Shown in pieces: positions 9,435 to 18,512 of a DNA stretch of 64,000 bases; position 1 is the first letter of the stretch; the number at the start of each line of letters is the position of its first letter. The notes under the pieces are model-generated. The model ran no database searches and was not told the origin of the DNA. It saw only the letters and a program-made list of their open reading frames with translations. A program made the position numbers and the translations under genes. The stretch is from Phycisphaerales bacterium (GTDB lineage Bacteria; Planctomycetota; Phycisphaerae; Phycisphaerales; UBA1924), in contig OZ245777.1 in NCBI GenBank assembly GCA_965227775.1, forward strand, positions 64,001-128,000. Reading direction: 5' to 3'.

Positions 9435-10110
9435 CGCCCATGCTATCGGCCTCGCCGCCCTCGTGTTCGCCGCGGGCTGCACATCGATGCCCCAGCCCGC
9501 GGGTACGCTCACGGGCCTGAAGGCAGATTGGTTTTACCTTCCCGGCCCGTACAGCACGGAGCGATCGACAAACGAAGGCACGCAGCGTGCCCAAGTCACC
9601 GCTGAGCGCAGCGACGCCTGGACCGTCACCATCGGCGACCCGCCCACCACCATCCAAGTGCGGCGTCTGGCCGACGGCCGTCCCGCTACGGCCAGCATCG
9701 CCAACCCCGATCGCAACGAAACGGCGGTCTTCGATCCACCGCTCGCGCTCGTGCCCATCCCGGGCCAACCAACGCCCGCAGCCGAGTCGGTCGACGTGTC
9801 CCTGTTTTCTGGACTTGAAGTCAAGGCAGACCAACGCCCCTCGCGCACGGGTACGGCTACGCGCACGTTCTTTGCGGTCGAACCAGCGAGTTGGACGCTC
9901 GAAGGCGAGGACGTGCCAGCCCAACGCATGTCCCACGAACTGCTGCTCGACTTCGGCGCAGCCAAGGTGCGCCAGCGCTACGAGAGCCTCGCCGTGCAGG
10001 GCCGAGGCATCATCAAGCAGGAAATGAACGAACGCGTCACGTTCCTTGGCGTCCGCGTCAGCGGTCGCACCGAGCGTTTTGAGATCACGCGATTCATCGA
10101 CGAACGCTGA
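9346..10110 (+). CDS. Hypothetical lipoprotein (start uncertain)
   Basis: AIGLAALVFAAGC lipobox followed by a beta-rich domain; only upstream in-frame ATG nearby is at 9346. Confidence 0.55.
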   Translation: MLSSPTWIPPQPPSASTQPKTPKLNTTRSIAHAIGLAALVFAAGCTSMPQPAGTLTGLKADWFYLPGPYSTERSTNEGTQRAQVTAERSDAWTVTIGDPPTTIQVRRLADGRPATASIANPDRNETAVFDPPLALVPIPGQPTPAAESVDVSLFSGLEVKADQRPSRTGTATRTFFAVEPASWTLEGEDVPAQRMSHELLLDFGAAKVRQRYESLAVQGRGIIKQEMNERVTFLGVRVSGRTERFEITRFIDER

Positions 10111-10115
10111 ATGCG

Positions 10116-10874
10116 TCAGAACTGCTGATCGCCGGGTTGCCGGAAACCGACAGGCCGATCGAAGATCTCACGCATCAGGATTGCCTGGCGAATGTCGATA
10201 CCACGCGCCGTAAGGGGCATCGCACGCCGGCGGCCACCGACCGCGATGGGGGCCTCTACCGGTCGACCCTGATCTCGGCGCTTTGCCTCGATGACATCAG
10301 TGATGATCGCCTGCTGCACAGGGGGCTGTGCCCGCTCTGCCGGGCGCGTGGCCGGGATCGGGCGCGGCCGATCCCGTTGCGGCTGGCGGGTCGATGGACG
10401 CTGCGCCTGCGATCGCTGCTGAGGTTGCTGTGCTTGCTGTTGCGAACGCTGCGCGGGCTGCTGGCGTTGCTGACGCTGCTGCTGGTCCTGCTGGCGGCGA
10501 CGCTGGGCCTCTATGGCCTCGCGACGGCGGCGGAGCTGCTCTTCCAGGTCCTGACGCTTCGAGGCGGCCCTTTGCTGCTGCTCCTGCTGGCGGCGACGCG
10601 CCAGTTCCTCAAGCCGATCACGAGGCGTGCCCTGCTGCTGCTGGGCACCCTGCTGCTGTGCTCGTTGCTGGGCCGCGGCGGGCAAGGGCGGCGCCTGCGG
10701 CGCTTCGACGCGACCGGTCCGCAGCGCCTCCATCTTGGCCTTCTGGCGGGCCTGATCGGCCTGCTTCTTTTCCTGCGCAGCCTTGAGCTGCTGCACCAGC
10801 CAACCCAGGCCCGAGATCCCGAACGAGACCGCGATGATGATGATGCCGAAATTGTTCTGGACCCACTGCCACAT
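10116..10874 (-). CDS. Membrane-anchored Gln/Arg-rich coiled-coil protein
   Basis: N-terminal TM helix, Q-rich middle, C-terminal IRQAILMREIFDRPVG. Confidence 0.75.
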   Translation of the reverse strand: MWQWVQNNFGIIIIAVSFGISGLGWLVQQLKAAQEKKQADQARQKAKMEALRTGRVEAPQAPPLPAAAQQRAQQQGAQQQQGTPRDRLEELARRRQQEQQQRAASKRQDLEEQLRRRREAIEAQRRRQQDQQQRQQRQQPAQRSQQQAQQPQQRSQAQRPSTRQPQRDRPRPIPATRPAERAQPPVQQAIITDVIEAKRRDQGRPVEAPIAVGGRRRAMPLTARGIDIRQAILMREIFDRPVGFRQPGDQQF

Positions 10875-10883
10875 AATCCAACC

Positions 10884-11714
10884 CTAGTCGGAAGCCCCAC
10901 CCGACGCCGCCAGACGCGGGAGAGCCACCATCCGCCCCCCATCGACGCTCGCGAACCGCTCAAAGGCCGCCCCGAACACCCGCTGGAGCACCCCCGGATC
11001 GCTCAGGTCGCCACGATCCAGCGGCTTCACGCTCCCATCATCGGCAATCGCCAGCCCCGAGTCTGCCACAGCCGCCGCCCACGGCACGTCGTGTGCCGCC
11101 ACGACCACCGCCAGCCCGCGTCCGGCAAGCTCCCGCAGCGTCTCGATCAATCGCCCGGCATGCCGCGTGTCGAGCGAGCTCGCCGGCTCGTCGGCCAGCA
11201 GCACCTTGCCCGAGAGATCTCCATCACCCAGCTGCGCGAGCGCCCGCGCGATCGTCGCCCGCTGCTGCTGCCCCACGCTCAACCTGGGCATGGCAGAGTC
11301 GGCGTGCGCCGCCAGGTCCATCGCCTCGATGGCGCACTCGACCGCGTCCCCCGAGCTCCGCCGCCCCGCCGCATACGCCCCGAAGCCCACGTACTCGCGC
11401 ACGGTGAAGGCGAACGCCAGGCTGGTCCGCTGGGGCGCGAGCGCCAGCCGCTGCGCCCGGGCCCGCTCGCCCAGCCTGCCGATGGCGGTCCCGCCGAGTT
11501 CCACCGTCCCCCCGGCCGGCGCCAGCACGCCGGCCAGCAGCCGCAGAAGCGTTGACTTGCCAGAACCGTTGGGCCCGACGAGCGTCACGATCCGTCCCGG
11601 CCAAAGGTCGACATCCGCCGGCCCCAGCCCCCGGGTTTGCCGAGGGTACCGGTGCGTCAGCCCGATCGCCCGGAGGCTCGCCAGCCGAGTCGCATTGGTA
11701 CTTTCGCTCGCCAC
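10884..11714 (-). CDS. ABC transporter ATP-binding protein (iron-complex/cobalamin/heme type)
   Basis: GPNGSGKST, LSVGQQQR, LLADEP, AHD. Confidence 0.88.
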   Translation of the reverse strand: MASESTNATRLASLRAIGLTHRYPRQTRGLGPADVDLWPGRIVTLVGPNGSGKSTLLRLLAGVLAPAGGTVELGGTAIGRLGERARAQRLALAPQRTSLAFAFTVREYVGFGAYAAGRRSSGDAVECAIEAMDLAAHADSAMPRLSVGQQQRATIARALAQLGDGDLSGKVLLADEPASSLDTRHAGRLIETLRELAGRGLAVVVAAHDVPWAAAVADSGLAIADDGSVKPLDRGDLSDPGVLQRVFGAAFERFASVDGGRMVALPRLAASGGASD

Positions 11715-11807
11715 GCCCCTACGCTAGTGGCCCTCGGCCAGCCGAGGACGGTTTTTCAGCCTTTGTTCAGCGGGCCACCACCGCAACTGCACCTTCGGAG
11801 ACGGGCC

Positions 11808-12812
11808 ATGGACCAGAACAGCAACGGCAGCACCACCCAGCCCAAGGGCGTCGTCGCCGTCACCGGAGCCACCGGCTTCGTCGGCGGCCACGTGGTCCGC
11901 GCCCTGCTCGATCGCGGCTACCAGGTCCGCGCCCTCAGCCACTCGCACAAGGACATCGCCGACCTGCGCGACCGCAACGCCGTCACCGTCACCGTGGGCG
12001 ACATCAACGACGCCGACGCCCTCAACGAACTCGTCCGCGGCTGCACCGCCGTAGTCCACCTCGTCGGCATCATCCGCGAGGCAAAGAACAAGCGCTTCGA
12101 GAAGCTGCACGTCGAGGGCACCCGCAGCATCGTCAAGGCCTGCCAGCGGAACGGCATCAACCGCTACCTGCACATGTCCGCGCTCGGCGTCAGCGACGAG
12201 TCCAAGACCGAGTACCAGAAGACCAAGTTCAAGGCCGAGCAGGAAGTCCGCGCGTCAGGCCTTGACTGGACGATCTTCCGCCCCTCGCTCATCCACGGGC
12301 CGGGCGGCGAGTTCACGCAGATGATGGTCCAGTGGAGCCGCGGCGAGATCGCGCCCTGGATCGGCATGCCCTACTTCCGCCGGCCCGAGACCGAGCAGCG
12401 CGTGCCACTGGGCGGCGTTACCTACGTCGATCCCGAGGTCCAGCCAATCATCGTCACCGACGTCGCCGGCTACTTCGCCGACGCCATCGACCGCGAGGAC
12501 ACCATCGGCGAGATCTTCAACCTCGTGGGTTCCGAGCGCCTCACCTGGCCGGCCATGCTCGAGTACGTCCACGAGCACGTTCCCCACGCCAAGCACGGCG
12601 TCGCCCCGCTCTGGGCCCCCGCCGATATCGCGGCCCTGCAGGCCAAGGCCGCGCAGTTTGTGGGCCTGGGCAGCCTCCTGCCCTTCGACGAGGGCATGGC
12701 CACCATGGGCGCCGAAGACTCCACCTCATCGCTCGAACGCGTCGAGGCCTACTTCGAGCGCGAGCCGCAGCCCTTCCGCGAGTCGTTCTCGGTCTACGCC
12801 GGCAAGCTGTAG
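11808..12812 (+). CDS. NAD(P)-binding SDR, NDUFA9-like epimerase family
   Basis: VTGATGFVG, VHLVGII, HMSALG, YQKTK, RPSLIHG. Confidence 0.88.
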   Translation: MDQNSNGSTTQPKGVVAVTGATGFVGGHVVRALLDRGYQVRALSHSHKDIADLRDRNAVTVTVGDINDADALNELVRGCTAVVHLVGIIREAKNKRFEKLHVEGTRSIVKACQRNGINRYLHMSALGVSDESKTEYQKTKFKAEQEVRASGLDWTIFRPSLIHGPGGEFTQMMVQWSRGEIAPWIGMPYFRRPETEQRVPLGGVTYVDPEVQPIIVTDVAGYFADAIDREDTIGEIFNLVGSERLTWPAMLEYVHEHVPHAKHGVAPLWAPADIAALQAKAAQFVGLGSLLPFDEGMATMGAEDSTSSLERVEAYFEREPQPFRESFSVYAGKL

Positions 12813-13008
12813 CCCCCGACGTTCCCCCACAAATCCCCTGATCTGCGGGCGACTCCCACGTCCGCCAATTGCGGCAAGTTGCGCAGGTCGATCCGCGCAC
12901 GCCGGTTGTGCACGCGCGTTATCGAAATGCCGCGTAGCCACGCATGCCCGCACGCCCGCCCAATCGCAAGTTGTTCGTGGCAACAACCGATGCCCAGAGG
13001 AGATCCGG

Positions 13009-13998
13009 ATGCCTTCAGGAGCCAACGTGGTGTGTGACACCCCCCTCTCGCAACTTCGCGCGGCAACACCCGCCGTGGTGATGACGCTCAACCGCAAGGG
13101 CATCACCACCGTGGGTGAGCTGCTGGCCGCGTCGTTCGACGAGGTCGCCTACCAGCTCGATAGCTTCGACGACGCCGAAGTCCTCATCGATGAGGCCAAG
13201 CAGGTCGCCGAGAAGGCAGACGCCGACAACCACGACGATCAACCCGCCGACGAACACGCGGATCAATCCGATGCGCAGGAGGATGCCTCGATGGACCAGC
13301 AGGGCGACCAGCACCACGGCGACGACAAGGGTGATAGCCAGCGGCAGGAAGCCAAGGCCAGTGGCGACACAAAGCCCACGCCGCCACCCACGCCAAAGCC
13401 CACGAGCGGGCAGATCGGACTCGCGACGGCCATGCAGGCCGTGCTCAGCCTCGACGGCGGCGCGTTCGCGTCCATGCAGGCATCCTCGGCAGCCGCCCAG
13501 CGGCTCGCGGCCGCAGCGCTCATCATCCAGCACGGTGGCGGCGAAGACGAAGCCGTCGCCAGCGGCCTTCTTGACACCATCGATCCCAACGCGCCCTGCG
13601 TCGACCGAAACGATGCCACCGTGCGCTTCGGCGAGCCGGCCGTCGATCTTCTTGAGCGAGCGGAGCTCCTGCTTACCGTACCCATGAGCCCCAGCGGCAA
13701 GCCCTCGAACGTTCACGCCAAGCTCGTCGAGGTCGCAGACCCCTCGGCCCTGCTCGTCGCCACATGCGGCGCCGTTGCGTCGGCCCGGGCCGTCCTCGCC
13801 CGCTACCAAAGCTCGGGCGATCAGGCGTGGAGCCTCTTCAAGGGCGGGCGAGACTTCGCCGTCTGGTACTTCGGCTCGATCTGCAAGGCCCTCGGCCCAG
13901 CACTCAAGAAGGCCGGCAAGGAGAGCCTGAGCCACGAGCTCTGGTCGGTCGTGCGGGCCCTCGAGGCGACCGGCACCGACGACCGCAAGGCCGCCTGA
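13009..13998 (+). CDS. Hypothetical protein: HhH-like N-terminus, acidic linker, degenerate HD (Mesh1/SAH-like) domain
   Basis: GAGGAG RBS; C-terminal IIQHGGGEDEAVASGLLD...RFGEP...AWSLFKGGRDFAVWYF resembles stand-alone HD_4 proteins. Confidence 0.6.
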   Translation: MPSGANVVCDTPLSQLRAATPAVVMTLNRKGITTVGELLAASFDEVAYQLDSFDDAEVLIDEAKQVAEKADADNHDDQPADEHADQSDAQEDASMDQQGDQHHGDDKGDSQRQEAKASGDTKPTPPPTPKPTSGQIGLATAMQAVLSLDGGAFASMQASSAAAQRLAAAALIIQHGGGEDEAVASGLLDTIDPNAPCVDRNDATVRFGEPAVDLLERAELLLTVPMSPSGKPSNVHAKLVEVADPSALLVATCGAVASARAVLARYQSSGDQAWSLFKGGRDFAVWYFGSICKALGPALKKAGKESLSHELWSVVRALEATGTDDRKAA

Positions 13999-14116
13999 AC
14001 CGGCGTTCACGCAGCCACACTTTCCCAGAGAACCCCGCCGCAGGTCGATATGGTTGGGGCCTGACGGGGTGCGATTGCGCCCCCTTCACGTTGCTCCAAG
14101 GCCAGGAGGGCCCGCC

Positions 14117-16600
14117 ATGTCAACACCTACCGAGGCCGTCCTCAAGTACCGCGAGGCCATCCTCCGCCACGTCGGGCACGACCAGTACGCACCTTCAACG
14201 GTCAACCAGCTCGCCGAAGACCTCCGCGCAGAAGACGCCGACCAGTTCCAATCCGCCGTCGAAGCCCTGGTCGACCAGGGCCTGCTCTCCATGAGCAATG
14301 CCGGCCAGGTCATGCTGCCCAGCTTCGGCGACGCCGCCGGCGAGGTCGAGGGCACCTTTAACCGAAATCCAAAGGGCTTCGGCTTCCTCCGCCCGGATGT
14401 CCGCGTGCGCGAGGGACACGTCTTCGTCTCGCCCGAGGACACCATGGGCGCCCTCTCGGGAGACCGCGTCCGCGCCAAGATCCGCCGCGACCGCAAGCGC
14501 GAGTCCTCCGGCCGCGGCGGCTTCGGCCCCCAATACGTTGCCACCATCGTCGAGATCCTCGAGCGCAAGCGCTCCAGCTACGCCGCCACCATGCAGAAAC
14601 GCGGCACCACCTGGCTGGCCATGCCCGACGGCGACACATCCATCGGCCCGGTCGTCATCGCCGACGCCGACAGCAAGCATGTGAGCGAGGGCGACAAGGT
14701 CGTCATCGACCTCACCGAGTACCCCGAGGGCAACGCGCTCGCCGAGGGCGTCATCACGCGCGTGCTGGGCGAAGCCGGCCAGCCCGACGTCGAGACACAG
14801 GCCATCATCGCCGCCTTCGCGCTGCCGTCAGACGACTTCCCCGACGACTGCCTCGATCAGGCCCGCGAATCCACGCGATACTTCGACGACGCCGTCGCGC
14901 GCTTCCTGAGCGAGGGCCCCAGCGCCCTGCCCGACCGCCTCGACCTCACCGAAGACTACATCACCACCATCGACCCGCCCGACGCCAAGGACTACGACGA
15001 CGCCATCAGCGTCAAGCGCACCGACAATGGCTGGGAGCTGGGCATCCATATCGCCGACGTCGCCCACTTCATCGCTCCTGGCTCAGCGCTCGATGTCGAA
15101 GCCCGCGAGCGCGGCAACAGCGTCTACCTGCCCCGCCACGTCATCCCGATGCTGCCAGAGATCCTCTCCAACGGCATCTGCTCGCTGCAGCCCCAGGTCC
15201 CGCGCTTCGCCAAGAGCATCTTCATCCACTACGACCTCTCGGGCCGTGTCACGCGCACCGGTGCCGCCCAGACCATCATCAACAGCGCCAAGCGCATGAC
15301 CTATCTCGAAGCCCAGGCACTGATCGAGGGCAACGAGGAAGAAGCGAAGAAGCACGCCCGCACCGCGCCCGAGTACACCCCGAAGCTCAAGAACACCGTC
15401 AAGCTCATGGACGAACTCGCGCGCACGATCCGCGAGCGCCGCCGCGCCGCGGGCATGATCCACCTCGACCTGCCCGACGCCGAGCTCATCTACGACGACA
15501 ACGGCCACGTCGTCGATGCCGAGCCCGAGGACGACGCCTTCACCCACACCATCATCGAGATGTTCATGGTTGAGGCCAATGAGGCCGTCGCCCGCCTCTT
15601 CGAGCGCATGAACGTCCCCGTCATGCGCCGCGTGCACCCCGCCCCCACGCCCGCAGGCATGGAAGAAGCCCAGAAGGTCGCCAAGGTCGCCGGCTACACC
15701 ATCCCCAAGAACCCAACCCGCGAGCAGCTCCAGAGCATCCTCGACGCAACACGCGGCAAGGCCTCGGGCCGCGCCGTGCACATGGCAGTCCTGCGCACGC
15801 TGTCCAAGGCCGAGTACTCACCCGCACCCATCGGCCACTTCGCGCTCGCCAGCGACGCCTACTCCCACTTCACCAGCCCCATCCGCCGCTACGCCGACCT
15901 GCTCACCCACCGCCTGCTGCAGGACTACCTCGCCCTGACCGACAACGGCCAGAAGCCTCCGAAGGGCGAGAAAGAAATGAAGCTGCTTGGCCGCAAGCTT
16001 GCCGACACCGAGTCGTTCATCGCGCAGGAAGACCTGGTCACCATCGGCCGCCACATCAGCGATACCGAGGCCAACGCCGCCGACGCCGAACGCGAGCTGC
16101 GCAGCTTCCTCGTGCTCCAGCTGCTCTCCAACAAGGTCGGCGAAGTCTTCGACGGTGTCGTCACCGGCCTGAACACACGCGGCATCTTCATCCAGATCGA
16201 CAAGTACCTCGCCGACGGCTTCATCAAGGTCGAGGACCTTCCCGGCGACGTCACCCGCGGCGGCAAAGCGCCCAAGTGGATCACCGTGCGCGACACCGGC
16301 GCCCTCGTCGACAAGAACTCCGGACGCAGCTTCAACTTCGGCGACCGCATCCGCGTGCAGATCGGCGCCGTCGACCTGCCCAAGCGCCGCCTCGAGCTGC
16401 TCGTCGCCGACGCCGAGAGCCGGGCCGCGGGCAAGGCCGTGACAAAGGGCGTCGAGGGCCTCACGCTGGGCAGCGGAGGCGGTGGGCTCGAATCGACCGA
16501 AGGTGCCGGCTTCAAGAAGATGCCCGGCGGCACCCGGCGGAGCCGCAAGAGCAAGGCCCGCGACCGCAACAAGAAGGACTACCGCCGAGACAAGAAGTAG
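14117..16600 (+). CDS. rnr: Ribonuclease R
   Basis: KGFGF cold-shock domain, TIDPPDAKDYDDA, HIADV, HFTSPIRRYADL, S1 domain, basic tail. Confidence 0.93.
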   Translation: MSTPTEAVLKYREAILRHVGHDQYAPSTVNQLAEDLRAEDADQFQSAVEALVDQGLLSMSNAGQVMLPSFGDAAGEVEGTFNRNPKGFGFLRPDVRVREGHVFVSPEDTMGALSGDRVRAKIRRDRKRESSGRGGFGPQYVATIVEILERKRSSYAATMQKRGTTWLAMPDGDTSIGPVVIADADSKHVSEGDKVVIDLTEYPEGNALAEGVITRVLGEAGQPDVETQAIIAAFALPSDDFPDDCLDQARESTRYFDDAVARFLSEGPSALPDRLDLTEDYITTIDPPDAKDYDDAISVKRTDNGWELGIHIADVAHFIAPGSALDVEARERGNSVYLPRHVIPMLPEILSNGICSLQPQVPRFAKSIFIHYDLSGRVTRTGAAQTIINSAKRMTYLEAQALIEGNEEEAKKHARTAPEYTPKLKNTVKLMDELARTIRERRRAAGMIHLDLPDAELIYDDNGHVVDAEPEDDAFTHTIIEMFMVEANEAVARLFERMNVPVMRRVHPAPTPAGMEEAQKVAKVAGYTIPKNPTREQLQSILDATRGKASGRAVHMAVLRTLSKAEYSPAPIGHFALASDAYSHFTSPIRRYADLLTHRLLQDYLALTDNGQKPPKGEKEMKLLGRKLADTESFIAQEDLVTIGRHISDTEANAADAERELRSFLVLQLLSNKVGEVFDGVVTGLNTRGIFIQIDKYLADGFIKVEDLPGDVTRGGKAPKWITVRDTGALVDKNSGRSFNFGDRIRVQIGAVDLPKRRLELLVADAESRAAGKAVTKGVEGLTLGSGGGGLESTEGAGFKKMPGGTRRSRKSKARDRNKKDYRRDKK

Positions 16601-16606
16601 CGGCCG

Positions 16607-18469
16607 TCAGTCTCGCGACCACTCGGGGTCGCCGAAGCTCACCCGGCCAGGGCGCTCGTCCTTCCACGGTGCGCCTTCGATCACCCCACGAGCCGCGTCG
16701 ACGCCCTGCCGTCCGGCGTGACCGTCGACCTCGGGCGGCGCTGGCGGCTCATCGCGCAGCAGGTGCAGCGTCTGCGTGGGGAACGCGAACTGCACGCCGA
16801 GCTTCTGCGCCACACGCATGACGTCGAGCAAAAATCTCTCCCGCTCGCGTAGCTCGACGGCCCAGTCGGGGCACGCGTGGAACATATACACCAGCACGTC
16901 GATGCTGTGCGGGCCGAAGCGGTTAAGGTACACGTGGTAAGTGTCCTTCCGCGTGTACGGATGCCTCCGGATGAGCTCGCGCACGCCCTCACAGAACGCT
17001 TCGACGGCCTCCGGCGGAGTGCCGTACGTCAGCCCGATGTGCGTGGTGAATCGCCGATACCGACGCCGTCCATAGTTGTCGACGGTCGCGCGCACCAGCG
17101 TGGCATTGGGAACGGTGACCACCGAATCGTAGAACGTGCGGATGCGCGTCGATCGGATGCCCAGCTCCTCGACCGTGCCCTCGACGTCGTCGACGACGAC
17201 CCAGTCGCCCACCTCGAACGGCCGATCGGCGATAACCGCGATCGATCCGAAGAAGTTTTCGATCGTGTCCTTCGCCGCAAACGCGACCGCAAGGCCGCCG
17301 ATGCCAAGGCCCGTGAGCAGCGGCAGAATCTCGTAGTCGAGCGCGCTGGCGACGTAGATCACGCCGAACACCGTCACAAGGACCTTGGCCGTCTTTCGCG
17401 CCAGCGGCAGCAGCAAGTCGTCGATCTTGGTCGCGGTGGACTTCGCCTTCTTTGCGAGCACATCGCACACCAGGTCGACAAGGCGATACGCCGCCCAGAT
17501 GGCCGCCAGCGTGAGCACCGAGAGCACGGCCACGCGGATGATCGCCTCGGGCACAGGCGGAAGCCCGAGCATGAACTGCCCCACGTACCAGACCGCCGCG
17601 CCGGCAAGCAGCGCGAACGGCCGCGACGCGCGGCGGACCACCTTTGGATCCGCTTCAACGCCACGCCGGGCAAAGAACACCCACCACAGGAAGCGCACGA
17701 ACAGCCCGGCAAGCAGATCCGCCAGGAAGCCCGTGAACACGATGAGGACGATCAGCAGCCACTTCCACGCCGCGATGCCCGCCAGCTTGCCCCACAGCAC
17801 GCGCTCAGGCAACACGCCATCGAGCCGCTGCGCCACCCACTGCTCGATCCGAAGCGGCAGCGTGAGCTCGCCGCTCTCTTCTCCCCATCGCACGGACAGG
17901 CGGCTGATCTTGCGGAAGAGCTCCTCAGAGCCCTCGACCGTCGCGGTCGAGAACACCCACGCCCCGTCCGCCGTGCGTGTCAGCGAGATCTCATGCTCGC
18001 CGGCAACCTCACGCGCCCCGCGCTGGCCCAACGAGACGGCGCCCTTCCCGTCGTACGGAAAGTACGTAAAGCTGTCGATGGGCGCGCCGCGCTGGATCGC
18101 CGCGTCCAGCTCTTCGGCTCCTGGCAACGCGTAGCGCGAGACCGGCCCCATGCGCTTCAGCGACTCGTGCAGGCGAATGGCCGCGTTAACCGCCGTCACC
18201 GCTTCGGGCCCAGAGAGGCCCAGCGCCTGGGCGAGCTCGTCTTCCGCGAGCGCCCGCTCCCGGCTGAATCCCTGGCTCGACCGATATCGCTCGACCGCCC
18301 GCAGGAAGGTCATCATCGTCGACCGCGGGCTGTCGAACAGAACGTCAACGGTCGACGCGGGCGAGGTTTCCGTCGCCGCTGGCTCGCCCTGCTGGACCGA
18401 TTCGGGCCCCTGCCCCCACGAAACTTGCGAGAACGAGAACACGAGACACATCAGGGCAATGCGCAGCAT
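16607..18469 (-). CDS. Small-conductance mechanosensitive channel (MscS family) with periplasmic N-domain
   Basis: GLGIGGLAVAFAAKDTIENFFG, PFEVGDW, GTVEELGIRSTRIRT, VPNA, FAFPTQT. Confidence 0.92.
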   Translation of the reverse strand: MLRIALMCLVFSFSQVSWGQGPESVQQGEPAATETSPASTVDVLFDSPRSTMMTFLRAVERYRSSQGFSRERALAEDELAQALGLSGPEAVTAVNAAIRLHESLKRMGPVSRYALPGAEELDAAIQRGAPIDSFTYFPYDGKGAVSLGQRGAREVAGEHEISLTRTADGAWVFSTATVEGSEELFRKISRLSVRWGEESGELTLPLRIEQWVAQRLDGVLPERVLWGKLAGIAAWKWLLIVLIVFTGFLADLLAGLFVRFLWWVFFARRGVEADPKVVRRASRPFALLAGAAVWYVGQFMLGLPPVPEAIIRVAVLSVLTLAAIWAAYRLVDLVCDVLAKKAKSTATKIDDLLLPLARKTAKVLVTVFGVIYVASALDYEILPLLTGLGIGGLAVAFAAKDTIENFFGSIAVIADRPFEVGDWVVVDDVEGTVEELGIRSTRIRTFYDSVVTVPNATLVRATVDNYGRRRYRRFTTHIGLTYGTPPEAVEAFCEGVRELIRRHPYTRKDTYHVYLNRFGPHSIDVLVYMFHACPDWAVELRERERFLLDVMRVAQKLGVQFAFPTQTLHLLRDEPPAPPEVDGHAGRQGVDAARGVIEGAPWKDERPGRVSFGDPEWSRD

Positions 18470-18512
18470 CGCCCATGCTAGTGTGCCCTCGGCCGCCGTT
18501 CACTCAAGACGC

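Noticed and set aside
10300..10700. CTG/CAG-rich DNA repeat
   Set aside because: It is explained by the Gln-rich coding sequence of 10116-10874.
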